From Lepidodermella squamata (lineage: Eukaryota > Animalia > Gastrotricha), in assembly GCA_047495785.1 (NCBI GenBank), contig JBLDXI010000013.1, forward strand, positions 4,526,001 through 4,590,000: a DNA stretch of 64,000 nucleotides, written 5' to 3'. Every line of letters begins with the position of its first letter. Positions within the stretch are counted from its first letter, which is position 1. A program made the position numbers and the translations under genes. Below are positions 25,801 to 40,399 of this stretch, in pieces. The notes beneath the pieces are model-generated. The model was not told the DNA's origin, did no database searches, and saw nothing but the letters and a program-made list of their open reading frames with translations.

Positions 25801-28800
25801 TAAATCTAGGACTTGAAGCGCCTCGGGTAGAAACGAGTCCATGACCTTAGTCAGGCCGTTGTTATGAGCCCGGAGTGTTTGCAATTTACTCAAATTACTC
25901 AACTCATTCGGCAGAGATGTGAGTAGATTCTCAGAAACGTTGAGGTCCTGCAAAAATTCAAGTTGAGCCAAAACAGCGCCGTCTAGATTTGTCAACCGAT
26001 TTCGGGCTAAATGAAGGTATTTCAGCCTAGGAAACGCGTTTAGCGACGAGAAAACATCGTCAGTCAGCTGATTCCCACTCAAATACAACGCCTGTAACCG
26101 GCTGATATCGCCCAGTGAGGCTAATGGCCTTGGTAAGGACCTTAAACGGTTTTTCGAGGCGTTCAGGACCTTGAGTTTAACAGCTCGATTGAACAGCTGA
26201 TCTGGAAGCGAGGCGATCGAGTTCGATTGGATGTATAGCTCTTCGACGTAGACGAGGTCTTCGAAGAGTTTGTCGTCGATTGCTGTTATGGCGTTGCAGT
26301 GAAGGCGTAAAAAGCGAAGTCGGCGGTTGTTGAACAGGTAACGGCCGGGTATGGCGCCGATTCCGTTGTGGCCGTAATTGGCCGATATCAGGAACGGGCA
26401 GTTATGAAAGCACGTTGGAATCTCTTTGAATACATTTTTGGAAACGTCCAGCTTCTCCAAAAAGTCAGGATTCGGTTCACAGGACAAATAGTCGAGTTCT
26501 AAAAAAATAGGGAAGAAAATTGAAAAAAAAATAAAAATTATTGTTGGATATTTTTTGGGATTCAATCAAATTTGGAACTTGAAATTTAAAAAAAAATTTA
26601 ATTTTTTTCAACTTAATTTTTGGGTCCCCCACAGAGTAGCAGGCTTCAAATAAAGCAGAGAGCAAAAAATGGTGCACACTTCAGATCAAATGGCTTCAAA
26701 GCACTCCCATAAAAAAAGTAAAATAAAGTATTAAGCAATGATCACCATGTTTTGGAATTGCTATTATTTTACTTTGAAGCCATTTTTTAATTTTGCTTTG
26801 AGGTCATGGTGCTTTGAAGCTTTTGCTTTGAAGCCTGTTACTAAATTTTCCCTACTTTGTAGGGGACCCTAATTTTTGTATGAATTTGCATTTATTTCAC
26901 TATTTTATGCAAAGATAAAGATGAGAAACCAATTTATCAATTAAATTTAGCTTTTAAGACTTTCAATATTCAGAATTTTCAATTTTATGAAAATTTTTCA
27001 AAATTATATAACTTTTTTCATTTTTTTGAAATTTTTCAATGAAATTTTACTAATTAATGCTTACTATTAAATGAAGCATTGAGTTGTTTGAGAAGAGTCC
27101 CGTTGACGACGAGGCTTGTTAACTGATTATTGTTAACATTGAGCGTTTCAAGCGATTTCATCTCTCTCAAGTCTAGCCGTTCGAGCCTGTTGAACGACAA
27201 ATCGAGGATGGTGCAATACTGAAGGCTGGCTAGGGGCAGCGGGGCGGTGAGCACGGCGCCGCTCGGGTGTGGCAACCCGTCTTCATCTTCAGCCATCAAC
27301 GGCTGCTCTTCGACGAGTTGAATTATGGCATTGAAGCGAAGATCGATTTTACGAACTTGTTCCAATACCTAAGACAGAAAAATAAGTTATCAGCTTTCAT
27401 CCAACTCGAAATTTCCGAGATTTCCGAGAAATTTGAACTTTTTCGCATTTTTTTCTAAATTTTCATGTATATATCGCTTACCTCGATGATGCCGCGAGTT
27501 AGTGCGATGCCCTCGGTTAGGCCGAGGCAATTTCCGGCCAGTTGTAGCTCTTCTGTGTGCGTATATCGCATGTTCGTTAACCGGGCGAGCGTTTCGGGAA
27601 CCGCCATAAAGCGGTTGAACGACACGTTGAACGTTACGAGGCGGCGAAGTGACAACAACTCGGCTGGAACTGAGCTCAGCCGATTGCTTTGGCAGTTCAA
27701 CTGCTTCAAGCTAAATTCGAAAAAAACAAAAAAATTGATAAAATAAGCGTAATCAAGTCAAATTTACCCACAACCCAAAATAAAATAAATAAAATTACCG
27801 ATTTTTTCCAGAGAATTTTTTCAACTTTCATCAGTCCAATTAACCGAATGAGAGACAAAAATTATTCGCTATAAGGTTTGGAATTTTTAGAAAATTCAAA
27901 AAATTCGCCGAAAAATCATAAATTATCTAGTTTAATTTCGCTTCAATAATCAGATTTTTCTCACAAAAAGCTTATTTCTACCCTTAAAATTGCGGTTGCG
28001 GTATTTTAATTGAACCTATTTTTTCTAAAATAAATTTCTATAATTTTTCGGATTTTTTTAGTTTTTTTTAACTATACCTTTGAAGTCGCTGAACGAGGGG
28101 TGAAAGCTCGCGAATTTTGTTGTTGCCGACATTGAGATCAGACATACTAGTCAATTCGAAGACAGCCTTAGGAATCTCGACCAGGTCGTTATTCGACAAA
28201 TTCAAAATTTGAATATTCCGAAAACGCGCAATATCATCTAGAAAGCCGAGAACAGCCGGGTTCAGCGACGCGAGCAGCGCATTATCAACGCCATCGTCGC
28301 TGGAACTTAACCGGCCAGATGGCCGAGACAGCAGTTGGTTGTCCTTCAAATTGAGCACTTGAACATCCTCAGCAATCTGGAACACACCCTCAGGCAGCAG
28401 TTCCAAGTCCGAGCCGGATAAATCGAGCGATCTCGACTGGTTTGTCGCCGCTAGTTTAAGGTGGCGAGTCCATATCAATTTCTGCTCAGGCGTGTCGAAG
28501 GCCAGCTTAACAATACGTTTACTACCCCCAGCGGCTAGTTCAATCTTCACGGTGAACGGGTGGGTTTTATTTGCGGAGATTTTCGAAGATTCAGTAACAG
28601 TCGCCCCGGCTAGTTCGAAGACGGTGGTCGCTAGAAAAGCTGCCCCGTTCGAGCTGACCAAATCAGCTGGATGTTGGTCGAACTTGTGAATCTGCAACTT
28701 GGACCCGCATAACGAACACAGCCGCCTTTCCCAGGTTTTTAAAACCGGCGTCGGGCGTTTAACGAGTAAATACGACGAGATTCGTTTACACACGTCCGGC

Positions 28801-29681
28801 AGGGCTAATTTTGACTGTTTCGCCGATAAAAACCGGCAGATAAATGACAGGCTCTTGCGGATGCCTTCGCGCATAATTTCCGGCGACCCGGCGTCGAAGC
28901 CTAGCTGGGCTAGTAGGTTCGTCTGAATCTGAAGCGGCCGGTCATTTGGCGATAATTTAACGACCTTGCCGCTGTTTATTTGCACGCAAAGTGATGGGGG
29001 TGTAATTCCTATCATTCCGCAAACTTGCTCGACCGAAGTCGATAACGAACATGGCACTAGAATCGACGAAAAACCCGCCGTCGCATGCGCGTTCGGGTCT
29101 TTTAGGTTCGACTGGGACGGGCTGGCGGGGCGGGGTATTGGCGGGATTGGGCTGTTAGGGCCCAGCTCGGTAGACGGGTCGAGAAAAACCCGGATAAACC
29201 CGTTTTGATGCGGCGATTTATTCAACCAATCCGCGATAGTCGCCATGCCGCTGCTTGTGTCCTTTCGCTTAATCACGTGATGCTGCCTATGCTCATCAGT
29301 ATATTGGACTAATAGGCCGTTTTGTTGTTGCTGTTGTTGCTGGGGTGGCGATAAATCGCTGCCTCGCGATGATATTTCGTCGTTGTTGTTTCCGACCTCG
29401 AGCATCTGCCCGTTCGAGTGGTTGCTGCCATTTGGCGATCGCCTGTAGTTGATGTAATTTTGGCTGTTGCTCTGGCTGCTGTTGCGGCTGCTGCTGCCCG
29501 TGCTCGTCACGCCGTTGCTGCGTTGCGTCGCTGGTTGCGGCTGGTGGTCGTGGCCGGGCGGCGGCTGGTCGTTGACGGCGGCGGAGAACACCGCCTTGCC
29601 GCCGCGCACCATCGGCACGCGCGTGTTGTTGTTGTAAATGAGAGCCGTTACTGCGGATGACTGCGTCGCTGTAACATTCAT
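22844..29681 (-). CDS. PHLPP: PH domain leucine-rich repeat protein phosphatase (RA-like, PH, LRR, PP2C-like, PDZ-ligand tail)
   Basis: Exons 29681-28078, 27710-27482, 27368-27065, 26498-25066, 24229-22844 join in frame. RPLQIQTNLLAQLGF RA-like region, PH domain (KTWERRLCSLCG...EQKLIWTRHL), many LRRs, PP2C-like LGASAAICH / LFVGNVGDVEVLLC / TRMLGCGYLFPAVIPSP, C-terminal VSYL. Confidence 0.93.
26622..26869. mobile_element. MITE in PHLPP intron 3
   Basis: TIR GGGTCCCCCACAGAGTAG / CTACTTTGTAGGGGACCC, 8-bp TSD TAATTTTT, internal GCTTCAAA/TTTGAAGC repeats. Confidence 0.8.
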
Positions 29682-32600
29682 TCGGTTTTTTTAAACAATC
29701 ACCTATTTCAAGGATATGTAACAAAAATATAAAAATTTTGAAAATAAAATAAAATAATGTATCAATTAAATTGTGGCTCTAAGGCAAAATATGAGAAAAA
29801 TAAGCGCTTCCTCAGTAAAATTCAATTTATTCTAAAATAAAAAGCACCAAAACAAATTTTTAATTTTGAGAAAATTAGATTGGTCTTGTGTAAATTAGAT
29901 TGTATAAAATTGGATCGATTCTAAATATATTATTCTTAAAATAAAAACAGTGGTCCCATAATTTCACAATAATTCCAGATGCTTTCAAGTGCGATATTGG
30001 AAAAAATATCGGGAGAAAATGGGTACAACTGGATGAAATACCGAAGATTATACCAAAACCCGGTTACCGCCTGGTTTTTCCGGGTTTTCTCCGATAAATT
30101 TGTAATTTCTTTGATGGCGTCGCGGCTATAAAGGAAGGGTAGCATTAATTTTGGAAAAATAGATAAATTTACTGTAAAAATGCATAAAATCCTGCATATT
30201 GTAAAATCCTGCATATTGGTTTCGCAACTTATGGGACGCGGTCTATTTATGATAATCAAGACCCAAAAAAATATACTTTTGTTGCTGGTATCCAGAGCGT
30301 GAGAAGATCCACAAATTTGAGCGAAGAAAAAAATGCGGTTTCAAATTGCAAACCTTCCAAAGCCAAACCTAGCGCTTAAAATTCCGAAAATGATGAGACC
30401 AGCTAATTGGGAAAATAATTATTTTCAGAAGTGACTCGCGATTCTAGAAAAAAATTCCGGTAGATAATACGCGAGGTCAAGGTCTGTGAAATCTAATAGA
30501 TCCTAACCAGATGTTAGGAAGAAATGCCAAGAATAAAAGTCTTGAATCTGAGTATCTCAGGCAACACTCAACCACTGTTTATAAGATTCTTATAGCAATA
30601 AAATTAGCCTTGTAGGTAGTAATAGATAGTAGACATTGAACTGCTCCGTAACATCAAGTATGAATCATAGGGAAATTATGGCATCCAATAACCCTGGTAA
30701 AGTGCGATAAGAGCACTCGTTTTGCGCTGCCTTCCGCCCCTGGCAAACAGCGCGGTAGGGGAAAAAAACGAAGACAAGCGTATCGGACACCTTGGCATAA
30801 TAATTGAGCAGCGGGAGGCTACCACTTTAGGGGCCATCACCGCGTCGTCGGTTGTAACATCAATCAAGCAGAAGTAGAAGCAGCAAAAAAATCTGTCGAA
30901 ACATTGCTACACGATGATGACGATGATGCGTCACCACCACCCAGGCTCGACGACGGGCGGTGGCTTTGACAAGCGGCGCGTGTTTGGCATCATAAAACCG
31001 CGTGTTTCAAATGTGTCACCTAGTGCACAGCGAAACGACGACGACGTAGGTATAGCTTCAGAAGCCGCGTGTAAACACAAGGCACGTCGAACAAAAGCTA
31101 CAGGGTAAAAGGTATAGCTATAACAATGTAAGTAAGATTTTTGGACCGACCGTCTCTCAGTCGGCCACAATAAATTTATCATCGCGTTATCATCATCGTC
31201 ATTTACCTGGTAAAACGTATGAAACAGCAGTCGCGAGTTGTCAAGAAGTAATAAAACAACGCCAAAAGCCGGCTAATAATTGCGCTGTTTTACTCGTCGA
31301 CTTGACCGACTTGTGAGTAGCAGCAATAAAACTTAGCCAGGGCAATGCAAAATTAGGTCGTAGCTACCGATGAAACAGGCAGGTATTGTTTACACCGCTC
31401 GTGCTAAATCAAAAATGCGGGATAATTGCACTTGGCGAAAAAAAACGAACCCAAAACGCGTATTTAGTCATATATATTACTAGAACGAGCGAAATAAGAC
31501 GAATCGAATGGTATATGAGTGTAGTATTGGTATAAAAATTCCGAAAAAGTCGTCTTTCGTGTGTTATGAAAATATTATTTATTTGTGTGTCCAGCGGTTT
31601 ACAATGACATAGGTAATTATTGTGTCAGGGTGCTGCTGTTGCTGCTGAAACTAGGGATTTGCACCGTGGCGCGCGAAAAAAATATTATACGCGCGTCACG
31701 CACATATTCGCCCGAAATCAAGCGCGATATAATAGACAGGTAGATAAACACACTACTGGAAAAAACACCGGCCACTGGACGGCGACGACGACCAAGATTA
31801 AACATGACGGCCCGCCACAAGCATACTGGCGACGGCGTAAAAGTATTTTCTGCGACGGCGGATATTTACGTGCCATAGTTCGGGTATATATACAAGGCAT
31901 ACATGCGGGCTCAAGTCCCGAAAAAACCCTTTACCTGGCCGCTATTAGCCAGTTCAAGTGATGCTTGAGAATAAAGCCGAGAGGTAGCTTGAAAAGAACC
32001 AACACTCGCCAACGTAAATAGAGAAATAAAACCGGGTGCGCCGGCTTTTAGCCAGGGTGACACAAGATATTACTAACTAGTTGAGTCTCGTGGAAAAAAA
32101 ACTACCCGTGGCTGGCGATTCCTCAAAACGAGACAAAGACCATGTTACAGGTGCGTTATTTTCTGAGGCCATTCTACTTATGTATGTATTATTATACATA
32201 CGAGGCACGCATTTAAACAAAAAGTTTGGTAATTATTCGTATATAACGCATTTAGCATTTATAAATACAAGATAAAAATAAACGGTGTGAAAGCATCACC
32301 TTTAAATAAATGCCCGAGTGATTATTACCCTGCCCATAAAGCAGGGTGCATAAATTAATCGGCAGAAAAAAAATATTGAAAATAAGAGATCAGGTGATAA
32401 CATAGGCGAAAATAAAAACTCGCGTTTTGTTTTGCGTTTCGATGATGATAATACGTAATAACAAGGTATGCTGATACAAGTACTCGCATGACGATGATGA
32501 TGACGGCGACAACATCGCGAGCGCAGGGGGCGAGAAAATAAAACTGGAAATAATATTGTGAGACGAGTCAACACGCGGCGCCAAAATTACACAAAAACAT

Positions 32601-35600
32601 TATTTTGTTGGCGCGCTCGCATTTTCATCGCGGGTGAGAGCGAGCGAGAGAGAGAGCGCGCGAGATGCGACATGAGTTTAATCTCATGTTCAAACCACAA
32701 AAATGTGTAATATTATAATATCTAAAACGTTGCTTTTTATGCATTACGCAAAAAGCGTGCCAGTGAAAATAAACCTGTTGTTATTATTATTACAAAAAGT
32801 TGTTAACGTTTATTGTAGTAGTGATAATGGTAAATAATAACTTTCTTTTCACGAAAATTTGAAACGCATAAAATGACAATAAAATTGAGTAGCGTCCAAA
32901 AACGCGCTCGGCTGATTTTGGGCGAAGGCCTTCCATATATAATACCTAAACTATAAAGTGCGCCGCAGCCCTGTAATAATCAAAATGGCCGAAAATGTGA
33001 TGTGATGTTGTGAATAAATAGATCACACAGTGTGTGTAAGAGAGGTTTGCTTGTCGCCAGCCTCTTGAGTTCTTCTTCACCTGCACAGACCTATCTATAT
33101 ATAAATAAACAGGGGACATCAACGCGCGCATCAATTTATTAGGACGGACGGCGGCTATAAATCGCACGCGCGCTTTTGTTGTGCGCGCTTTGACATTATT
33201 ATTATTATTATTATTATCGCTGCGAAAGGTCAAGCCGCGGTGTGTTGCTACCGCGATGACAGCAGCCTTATTAACCACCGATATATACCTAGGCAGACGA
33301 CGTGATATAATTGTATTAGCGGGGTAGGTATAAAAATAAATCCGCGTGTTATTTCAATAATAATAACGAGAAATCCACCTCAATCCACTTACGAGTGGTC
33401 GCCGCCACATCACTACCCTAGCTGGCTAAATTGACAGGCTATGAGACATGCGGTTTACACATCATTAAGGTCAACGTTACCCCGGTTTTCAGGTTAATAA
33501 CTACCACCTGTCATAACCGCGTGAATTGTCAGCACCGAAAACCGCATAAATATATATATATATATAGGTAATTGAGCTGTTTTACGCATATAATCTTAAT
33601 CTCGGCCATCTTAAACACGCATAAAGCGAATGAGACGAGTGTGCCGTGGTAAATGCGGGTCGAAAACCGGGCTCATCTAATTGAATCTAACCTAATAGTA
33701 GGATTAAACCCGGAAGCTTTCTCACCTAATAATTTCGTACCTTATAAGCCGGAATAAAAATAAAAAATGATTGATGAATTAATTTTCCAAGTTGTTGACC
33801 TGTAAAGAAAATAGGGGTTTGCCAGGGCTTAACCTAAATTTTAGGGTCCAGCACTAAAGCTGAGGCTGCAATACTATATATTTCCTCGAATGATAGGGCA
33901 GTTTTCGAAATTAAAGCCGCATGTAAGGAAGCTCAAATTTCTCATTATATGCCTAATAACCGATAGATATTGATTGCCAGGTGATATTGATTATCGATTT
34001 TATAAGTCAGTGATTTTTCTCATATTAGCAGTCCATGAAGTTGAAATTGGAAATTATTAGAAAAATAATATAAAAAAAACTCAGAGTCGTTATCAAGTAA
34101 GGAAAAAGCCGAAATAACAAATAATCGGAAAAATATAATGTTAGAATTTTTGACATCTCAATTTTGGTGGTTGAAATATCATAAAGAATAATAAAGAAAG
34201 AAAATGCCAGACTTAAGCGAAAGGAAATGGCAGAACTAACAATTAGAGGCGCAACAATTCCACTGTTAATTGCCGCAAAATTATTACATTTGGTTGATTA
34301 TTTCGCAAAGTCTGGAAACGCCGGCACTTGAAGAGATGAATTTCGGCAGAATTTTCTCCTTATTTACAAATAATAATAAAAAATCTGGTGATGAATTCAA
34401 ATACTCTGGAAAGGAGTAAGATGGAGTAAGACGAGAGCAAAAAACCAAGCATCCAAGTTGAGAACTTTGGGATATGATAACCTCTCTCTAAAATTGGGTT
34501 TTACTAATATTCTGAAAATGCTCTGTTTAGAACCATAGGATAAAGCCGAAAATTTACCTGAGAAAAGATTTCTGCGGAATTAACTATGGCGTGTAGAGCT
34601 ACCCAAATGCCGCAAAAGCTTCCGTGAGACCGTTTATTGTTTTCGAAATCCCTCAACCCACTGTCGTGTTTTCTATTGAAATAACTTATCGCACCTCAAG
34701 TGACAATAATAATATTGCCTTTTTAATAATATCAACAAAAGCTGTGACTTTATTTTCAAACAATTTTCGAGCTTTGAAAATTTAATACCGCGCTATAGGA
34801 AACCCTGTAATTCCCAATCTCAGATAGGTGAGAGTTAATCATTTTCAGGATCCCACAATTCCGGGGCCCATAATTTGCAATATTTATTTATTCAAAATAT
34901 CTTGGCTGTTGGAGTAATTATTTTCCAGGAGATTAACTTTCGGGTAATGATGAAGAAATTTTCGGGAAAAAACACCAACAAGTTGAAAAATGTCCCAGTT
35001 TCAAGCCTTTTCCCTTATATATTATAACGGGGAAGTATGAGATGAGGCGAGTTGGGGCGAGAAAAGGAGTCGATGATTTAATCACAGGTAGCTCAACAAA
35101 AGCGACAGAGTAGCACCGAGTAAATATCGGGAGGAGAAAGACGCTAAAAAAGAGGTGAAATATATCGCTAGCGGATGGAAGTACTAGACCGGCAGCAAGT
35201 TAACGCGCGCGCTATATGGAGTCGGATGACGGGTGTGAACACCTTGCGATTGTTTCACCATATCACCATTGAAAAGAGGCGCCGGTTGGGTTGATGAATG
35301 AATACTATATACTATAATAGTCACAGCATAGCATGATAAAGTTTATCAGCGGAAAAACAACAATGCCCATCGAGGCGCGGACCGGTTGCAGCGCGGACGA
35401 GTAATAACAATGAATGAAAGGAATAAGAAATGCAAAGAGCCGTCGTGGCGCCGTGTTGATGGCGCGCACAAAGGAGGATGTCACAAAAACATCTTATATA
35501 TTTCCGAGTCTACATATATAGCGACGACAGCCAGATTTCCGTGTGCCAACGCTGAGCTGGGAGCGGCTGCGGCTATGCGGCGGCGATAAACATACGTGAT

Positions 35601-38536
35601 GTCGTGCCCTAAAAATAACCGCCCGCGTTTGCTTAGCCCTGCGAGTCGCGGTTAAACTCATCTTTCATCCTTCATCCGCGTTTTTCGTACACACGCGCAC
35701 CGAAAATGTAGTAGTTGTAGTTGTAGAAGGCGAGACAGGCAAGGTGTTTCATGCGACTACTACGACTACTACTACAACTACCGCCGCTATAATATTGCTC
35801 GCATGTCAAAGACAAGAGCGCAGCAGTTGCAACGCGACAACAAAAGCTTGATGCTTTTACTCTCCTCTGTATAATGTTTGCATTTCACTTAGTAGCAGGG
35901 TATAAGGTAAAACATATTTTAGCCGAAAGCCGTGAAATAATGACGCCTGCGATGAAATTGTTTCACACGTCGCAAAAATACACTTGAAAATTTCATCTTG
36001 CCAACACGAAATTTTCTTATTAACCAGTATGATTTCCTAGTATAAAATTTGGCGTTATATAATAACCATTTTGAGAGCAACGCTGCCGCTGCCTGCCGTT
36101 ATATCAGCAGCCGTCAATAATGTGTCGAAAAACAAGAGTCATCTGATGCACTGCACGAGTAGTACAGTTGTTTACAGCTTAATAAAATTACGATATTAAG
36201 CTTTTAGCTGTAGTATATGAGGCAGAGTTTTTGGCGGCGGCGCCTTTTAATGACTGCGGCGTGATGGATGATACGAATCTCTCGCTGTTGTTGCGCCTTC
36301 GCTTTTCCGATAGTTATCACACCAAACACGTGTGCTAAAAGGTGCGCCCGGGTTGGTTGATGAAAATATTTTTTTACAAACTACCAACACGCGACATGGA
36401 GGCGTGAAATACGTGTTTGTGATTGATATTTACATGGGTGCGTTTTTGGTGCCAACGCACGACCTAAAATATCAATGACATATGTTCGAGATGGAAAAAA
36501 CCGGTCAGGCCTTAGCCAACTGTTTTGAACACGGTATATAGACCGCAACCCAGAGGTTTATGTTGTAATTAATTCAATAAACGGGCGTAGAAATTTAATT
36601 TACCTACCACCTCAAAATAATTTTCGGAGGGTAAAATCTTACGACGTACCAAATTTCAATTAATTCAATACAACCACTTTATTCGGTTATTTAACTGGTT
36701 AGGGTTGGGGTTATAGTGTTAGGTTAGGGCTAGAGGCTGGGTCTTGAAATTGGGGAATCGGAACTGATTGGAATAATTTGGTAATGAATTCACCAGTCCT
36801 CCGATTTTTTTTGTGACCAGAAAGTGTCTGCCACTGCAAAGAAATTCCGAAAAAGTGTATGCGAATTTGGAATGAATTGTGATTTTTTCGATTTTTCGCT
36901 ATGCTGCTGTCCATTGGTTGAAAGTTGGCGAAACTAGTTAATACGCGATTAAAATATATATAATTCCCCGAAGCTAAAAGCCTATAGTATTCGATGCTGT
37001 ACTAGGGAGTAAGGTCTTTTATATTGCTAAAAAGGAAACAAAAGATAACATAACGAAATAGAATGCAGGCGAAACGAACTCATTTTTTAGCGATTCGCCT
37101 CTGAAAATGCGAAAAATGAGCATCTCGAAGCTGGTTTTTTTGTCTAAATAGGAAGGAATTTTAGGTCTCCTTCTAACTTCCTTCCGGATCCTGACAGATT
37201 CCAGGGGGCGTATGTTGGAAACTAACTTAAATATTCCTCAAGTTTTACTAAGTTAGGCTAAACCTCGAACCGAGATCCATCTAAAGATCCCAGTCATTTC
37301 GAGACACTTTTCTATTAATTTATAAAATTTGACTAAAAAACGCCGTTGAAGTCCCTTTTTGATTGATTTCGACTGTGCCATCTGGAACAAACTATTCGCG
37401 ATTTACACAGTTGTGATTAAAAGAAAAGTGCAAATTTTGAGTTTCGAAAACATTTGAATGGATGATTCTACCACAGGTGGCTCTTAGGTATGGCTAACCC
37501 CAGGTAAAATGTATTTTTTATTGGGTCACATTCATTGTTGCGTAACAAAAAATGCAAATTTGCCATTTTCTTTCGATCACAACCCTGATAGGCTCGCAAA
37601 TTTTCTGCGTAACAAATATTCGAACAATAACAAATACCTGGGAGTGGTACAATTTTGACAGGTAGTTGATAACTTTCTTCTACCTAATGGCCTACCTGCG
37701 GTTGACTTCTTACAATTTTGGAAAAATATCAACAAAATCCATTGGCTCCTGGATAAAAAGGTCGTATCGATTTTGTTTTCCCGAATTCGATTTCATTATT
37801 GACTGCTGATTTTTGGAATCGAACCCTCGAAAACCCTAAAATCACCCCTCTGGTATCTTTTCCCCAGGGCGGTTTTAGATAGAATTTATATTCCAAAATG
37901 AAGCTGGCGTTTAGCTGGTAATAATTAAGGTGAGAGCAGTAAAGTTTAGAGAGCCAGTTCAAAGTAAATTACCAGCTGAGTAGCGATTTTATAGGTACAG
38001 TTTTGACAACTCGTCAGTACGATTTTTAAAACTCAAAAACTAACTTGAAATACTTTTTAATCGATTTTCAAATGGTACTTCGATGAAGCCTGTCTCATCT
38101 AAATAATTCTATAATTTTTCCCGAATTCTAGCACCGCTCGTTTATTTTTGGTGAAGTTTCGAAGCAATACCTTGAAAACAGCGTTTCAATATAAAATAAT
38201 AAATAAAAAATCAACAAAATCAATACAAAAATCTACATTTTCACCATGCGCACGAGGAATCACCGTTGCCGCTAGATGATAAAGTTGAAAATGCGGCCTT
38301 ACCATAGAGCTGTAAAGGTTGTACTAGCTTGTCAAAAATTTACCTTTATTTCGAGCCTTTTTCTCAGGTGAGAATTACCTGAATCAGGCCGTGGAAAAAT
38401 ACAACAATTATGCCCAGGACAAAGAAGTTTTTTGCAAAGAATTCACCTGACTCGATTTTCTGGATTTTTTTACTTTCCCCGGTATCTCTAGGGTGATTAA
38501 TTTTGGACAGGCTAAATTTGGAGTTAACGACTATCT

Positions 38537-38746
38537 ATGTTCTATCAGTGAGGTTGAAAAAATTGCAATTAATATCTCGAGGTGCCTTGAAAGACGGGCT
38601 TTTCAACGGTACCAATTAAAGGTATTCTGAAAGTTACTTCTTTTTGTAATAATGAATATAATGAAAGGTGGGATGTCTCGAAACGTCGACTTGGGACCCC
38701 CTTATTCCCGGTCAACCTGAAAGCCGATTGCTCTGAACAATTTACC
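38537..38746 (+). repeat. dispersed repeat, inverted partner of 46648-46849
   Basis: Shared blocks CTTGAAAGACGGGCTTT, GTGGGATGTCTC, GGGACCCCCTTA and CCCGGTCAACCTGAAAGCCGATTGCTCTGAA. Confidence 0.8.
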
Positions 38747-40399
38747 ATCAGTAATCACTTTTTGACATCATGAACTATCGACTTAAAATGAAATAATGGG
38801 ACATCAGGCGCAGGGAAATTTTTACAGGTGAACTCTAAGTTTATGCCCCACGTGGGATAATTTTGGACATGATAAATGCTTTGAGCTAAAAATAGCGGGA
38901 ATTTTAATTTTTTAAATTTTTTCGGAATTTCAAGAAACGCTTTAAGTTCTGCATGCATTATTATTATTAAAATTACAGTGGAAAGAAAATATTATTAAAT
39001 TATTAAAGATGGCCTTCAATAGAAATTTGCACGAAATAATGCAATTTATTAAAGACCAAATTCAAATTTCGAACTAGGTACAAACTTTCCATAAAAATGG
39101 CCATGTCAGAAACAACACTGATCACTTGCTATATTTTTGTCTTTCTCGCCATGTGCATTTTCATGGGTGCAATTTTTTATCGGGCATGCGTGATGCAGCA
39201 AATAGCCCTGGTCATCTTAGCTCGTAATGCCCGGTTTTATGTAAACCTGCCCCTACCAGGATCACCAAAGCCGTGGGTTAAACCGGGTTTAGCGGAAAAA
39301 ACCGTGGAAAAACACAAATTTGCTCTCATTCGAACATAGGTCTTCGTTTCGAACATAGGAATTCTTTTAACCTGTCCCATTTAATAGACGCAAACAATGG
39401 TATGTCCCAATACGCAACAATGGTTGTCTTAAAACTAGGACAAAATCTTAAACCTAAAACCTTGATCCAACCTAAGCACACTTCCAACATACGCCCCCAG
39501 ATCATTGAAAATTGGCTCTCCTAATGAGAATGGGAACTGTTGGCTTAAGGTAATAGAAAACAATAGGATAATGGATATTTGCGGGCGAAGCGAGCAACAT
39601 TTTCGGTTTAAAAGCACAAAAATTGCGTATTTTTAACTCAAAAAATCTCTAAACCTGGCCGGCTTTACAAGGTCTTAAAAGTGTACGCCGATTAACTATA
39701 CCTCTACCCCTTTACTCAACGATTTCAATAAGGAACAGTTGTTTGTGTCTGCCTCTGAGCGTGGTCCAGTGGGCAAAAATCGGAACACTGGAATTCACTA
39801 TAGCTATCCCTTTTCGGAGCCGCTGTCATTATCCTATATATTAAATAAATAAAATCCATGCACAAAAACGGAGGAGTTAAGATTGGGGTTTCATGCTAGG
39901 AATACGAAGAAATTCACGCAAACTCTGACGATGCCTAGTTCGACCCGTCAAACTATGGGCGATATCTTCAAAATCGAGGCTGGAAAGTTTCACTCTATAA
40001 TGCGCATATCGGCGCGAAAAATAGTGCGATGCATACGAAATCGAAAAACGTATTTTTGAAAATCTCGTAACATCGAAACTTCCATAAATGAATGTCACCG
40101 ATGCTTATAAAAGTGATAATCGACCACGCCCGTCTTAATGGCGCTATCCGTTTCTGCCTAGGATTCGCCACTTGTTGCGCCACAGGTATAAATAGCCCTT
40201 CGCATTTTTCAGGCGAATAAATGTTGTGCGGGCGCCTCCGGTTCGATTCTCTGCGGCCACCACATTTTAATGCTCTGAAATTTGAATTCTTATTTTTTCT
40301 ATAATCATTTCGGAGCCTGATGAGCTAATGTGCACATTTTCAGCTCATTTGTTAATTGGCTTAAGATGATATTATTTCTAGCAGCTCAGAAGTTGGCAG

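Noticed and set aside
39097-39339. Small hydrophobic ORF
   Set aside because: No motif or splice support; T-rich composition explains the hydrophobicity.
40236-40263. tRNA gene
   Set aside because: GGTTCGATTC and CCACCA are present, but I could not form an A-box, D-arm or cloverleaf. At most a SINE or tRNA fragment.
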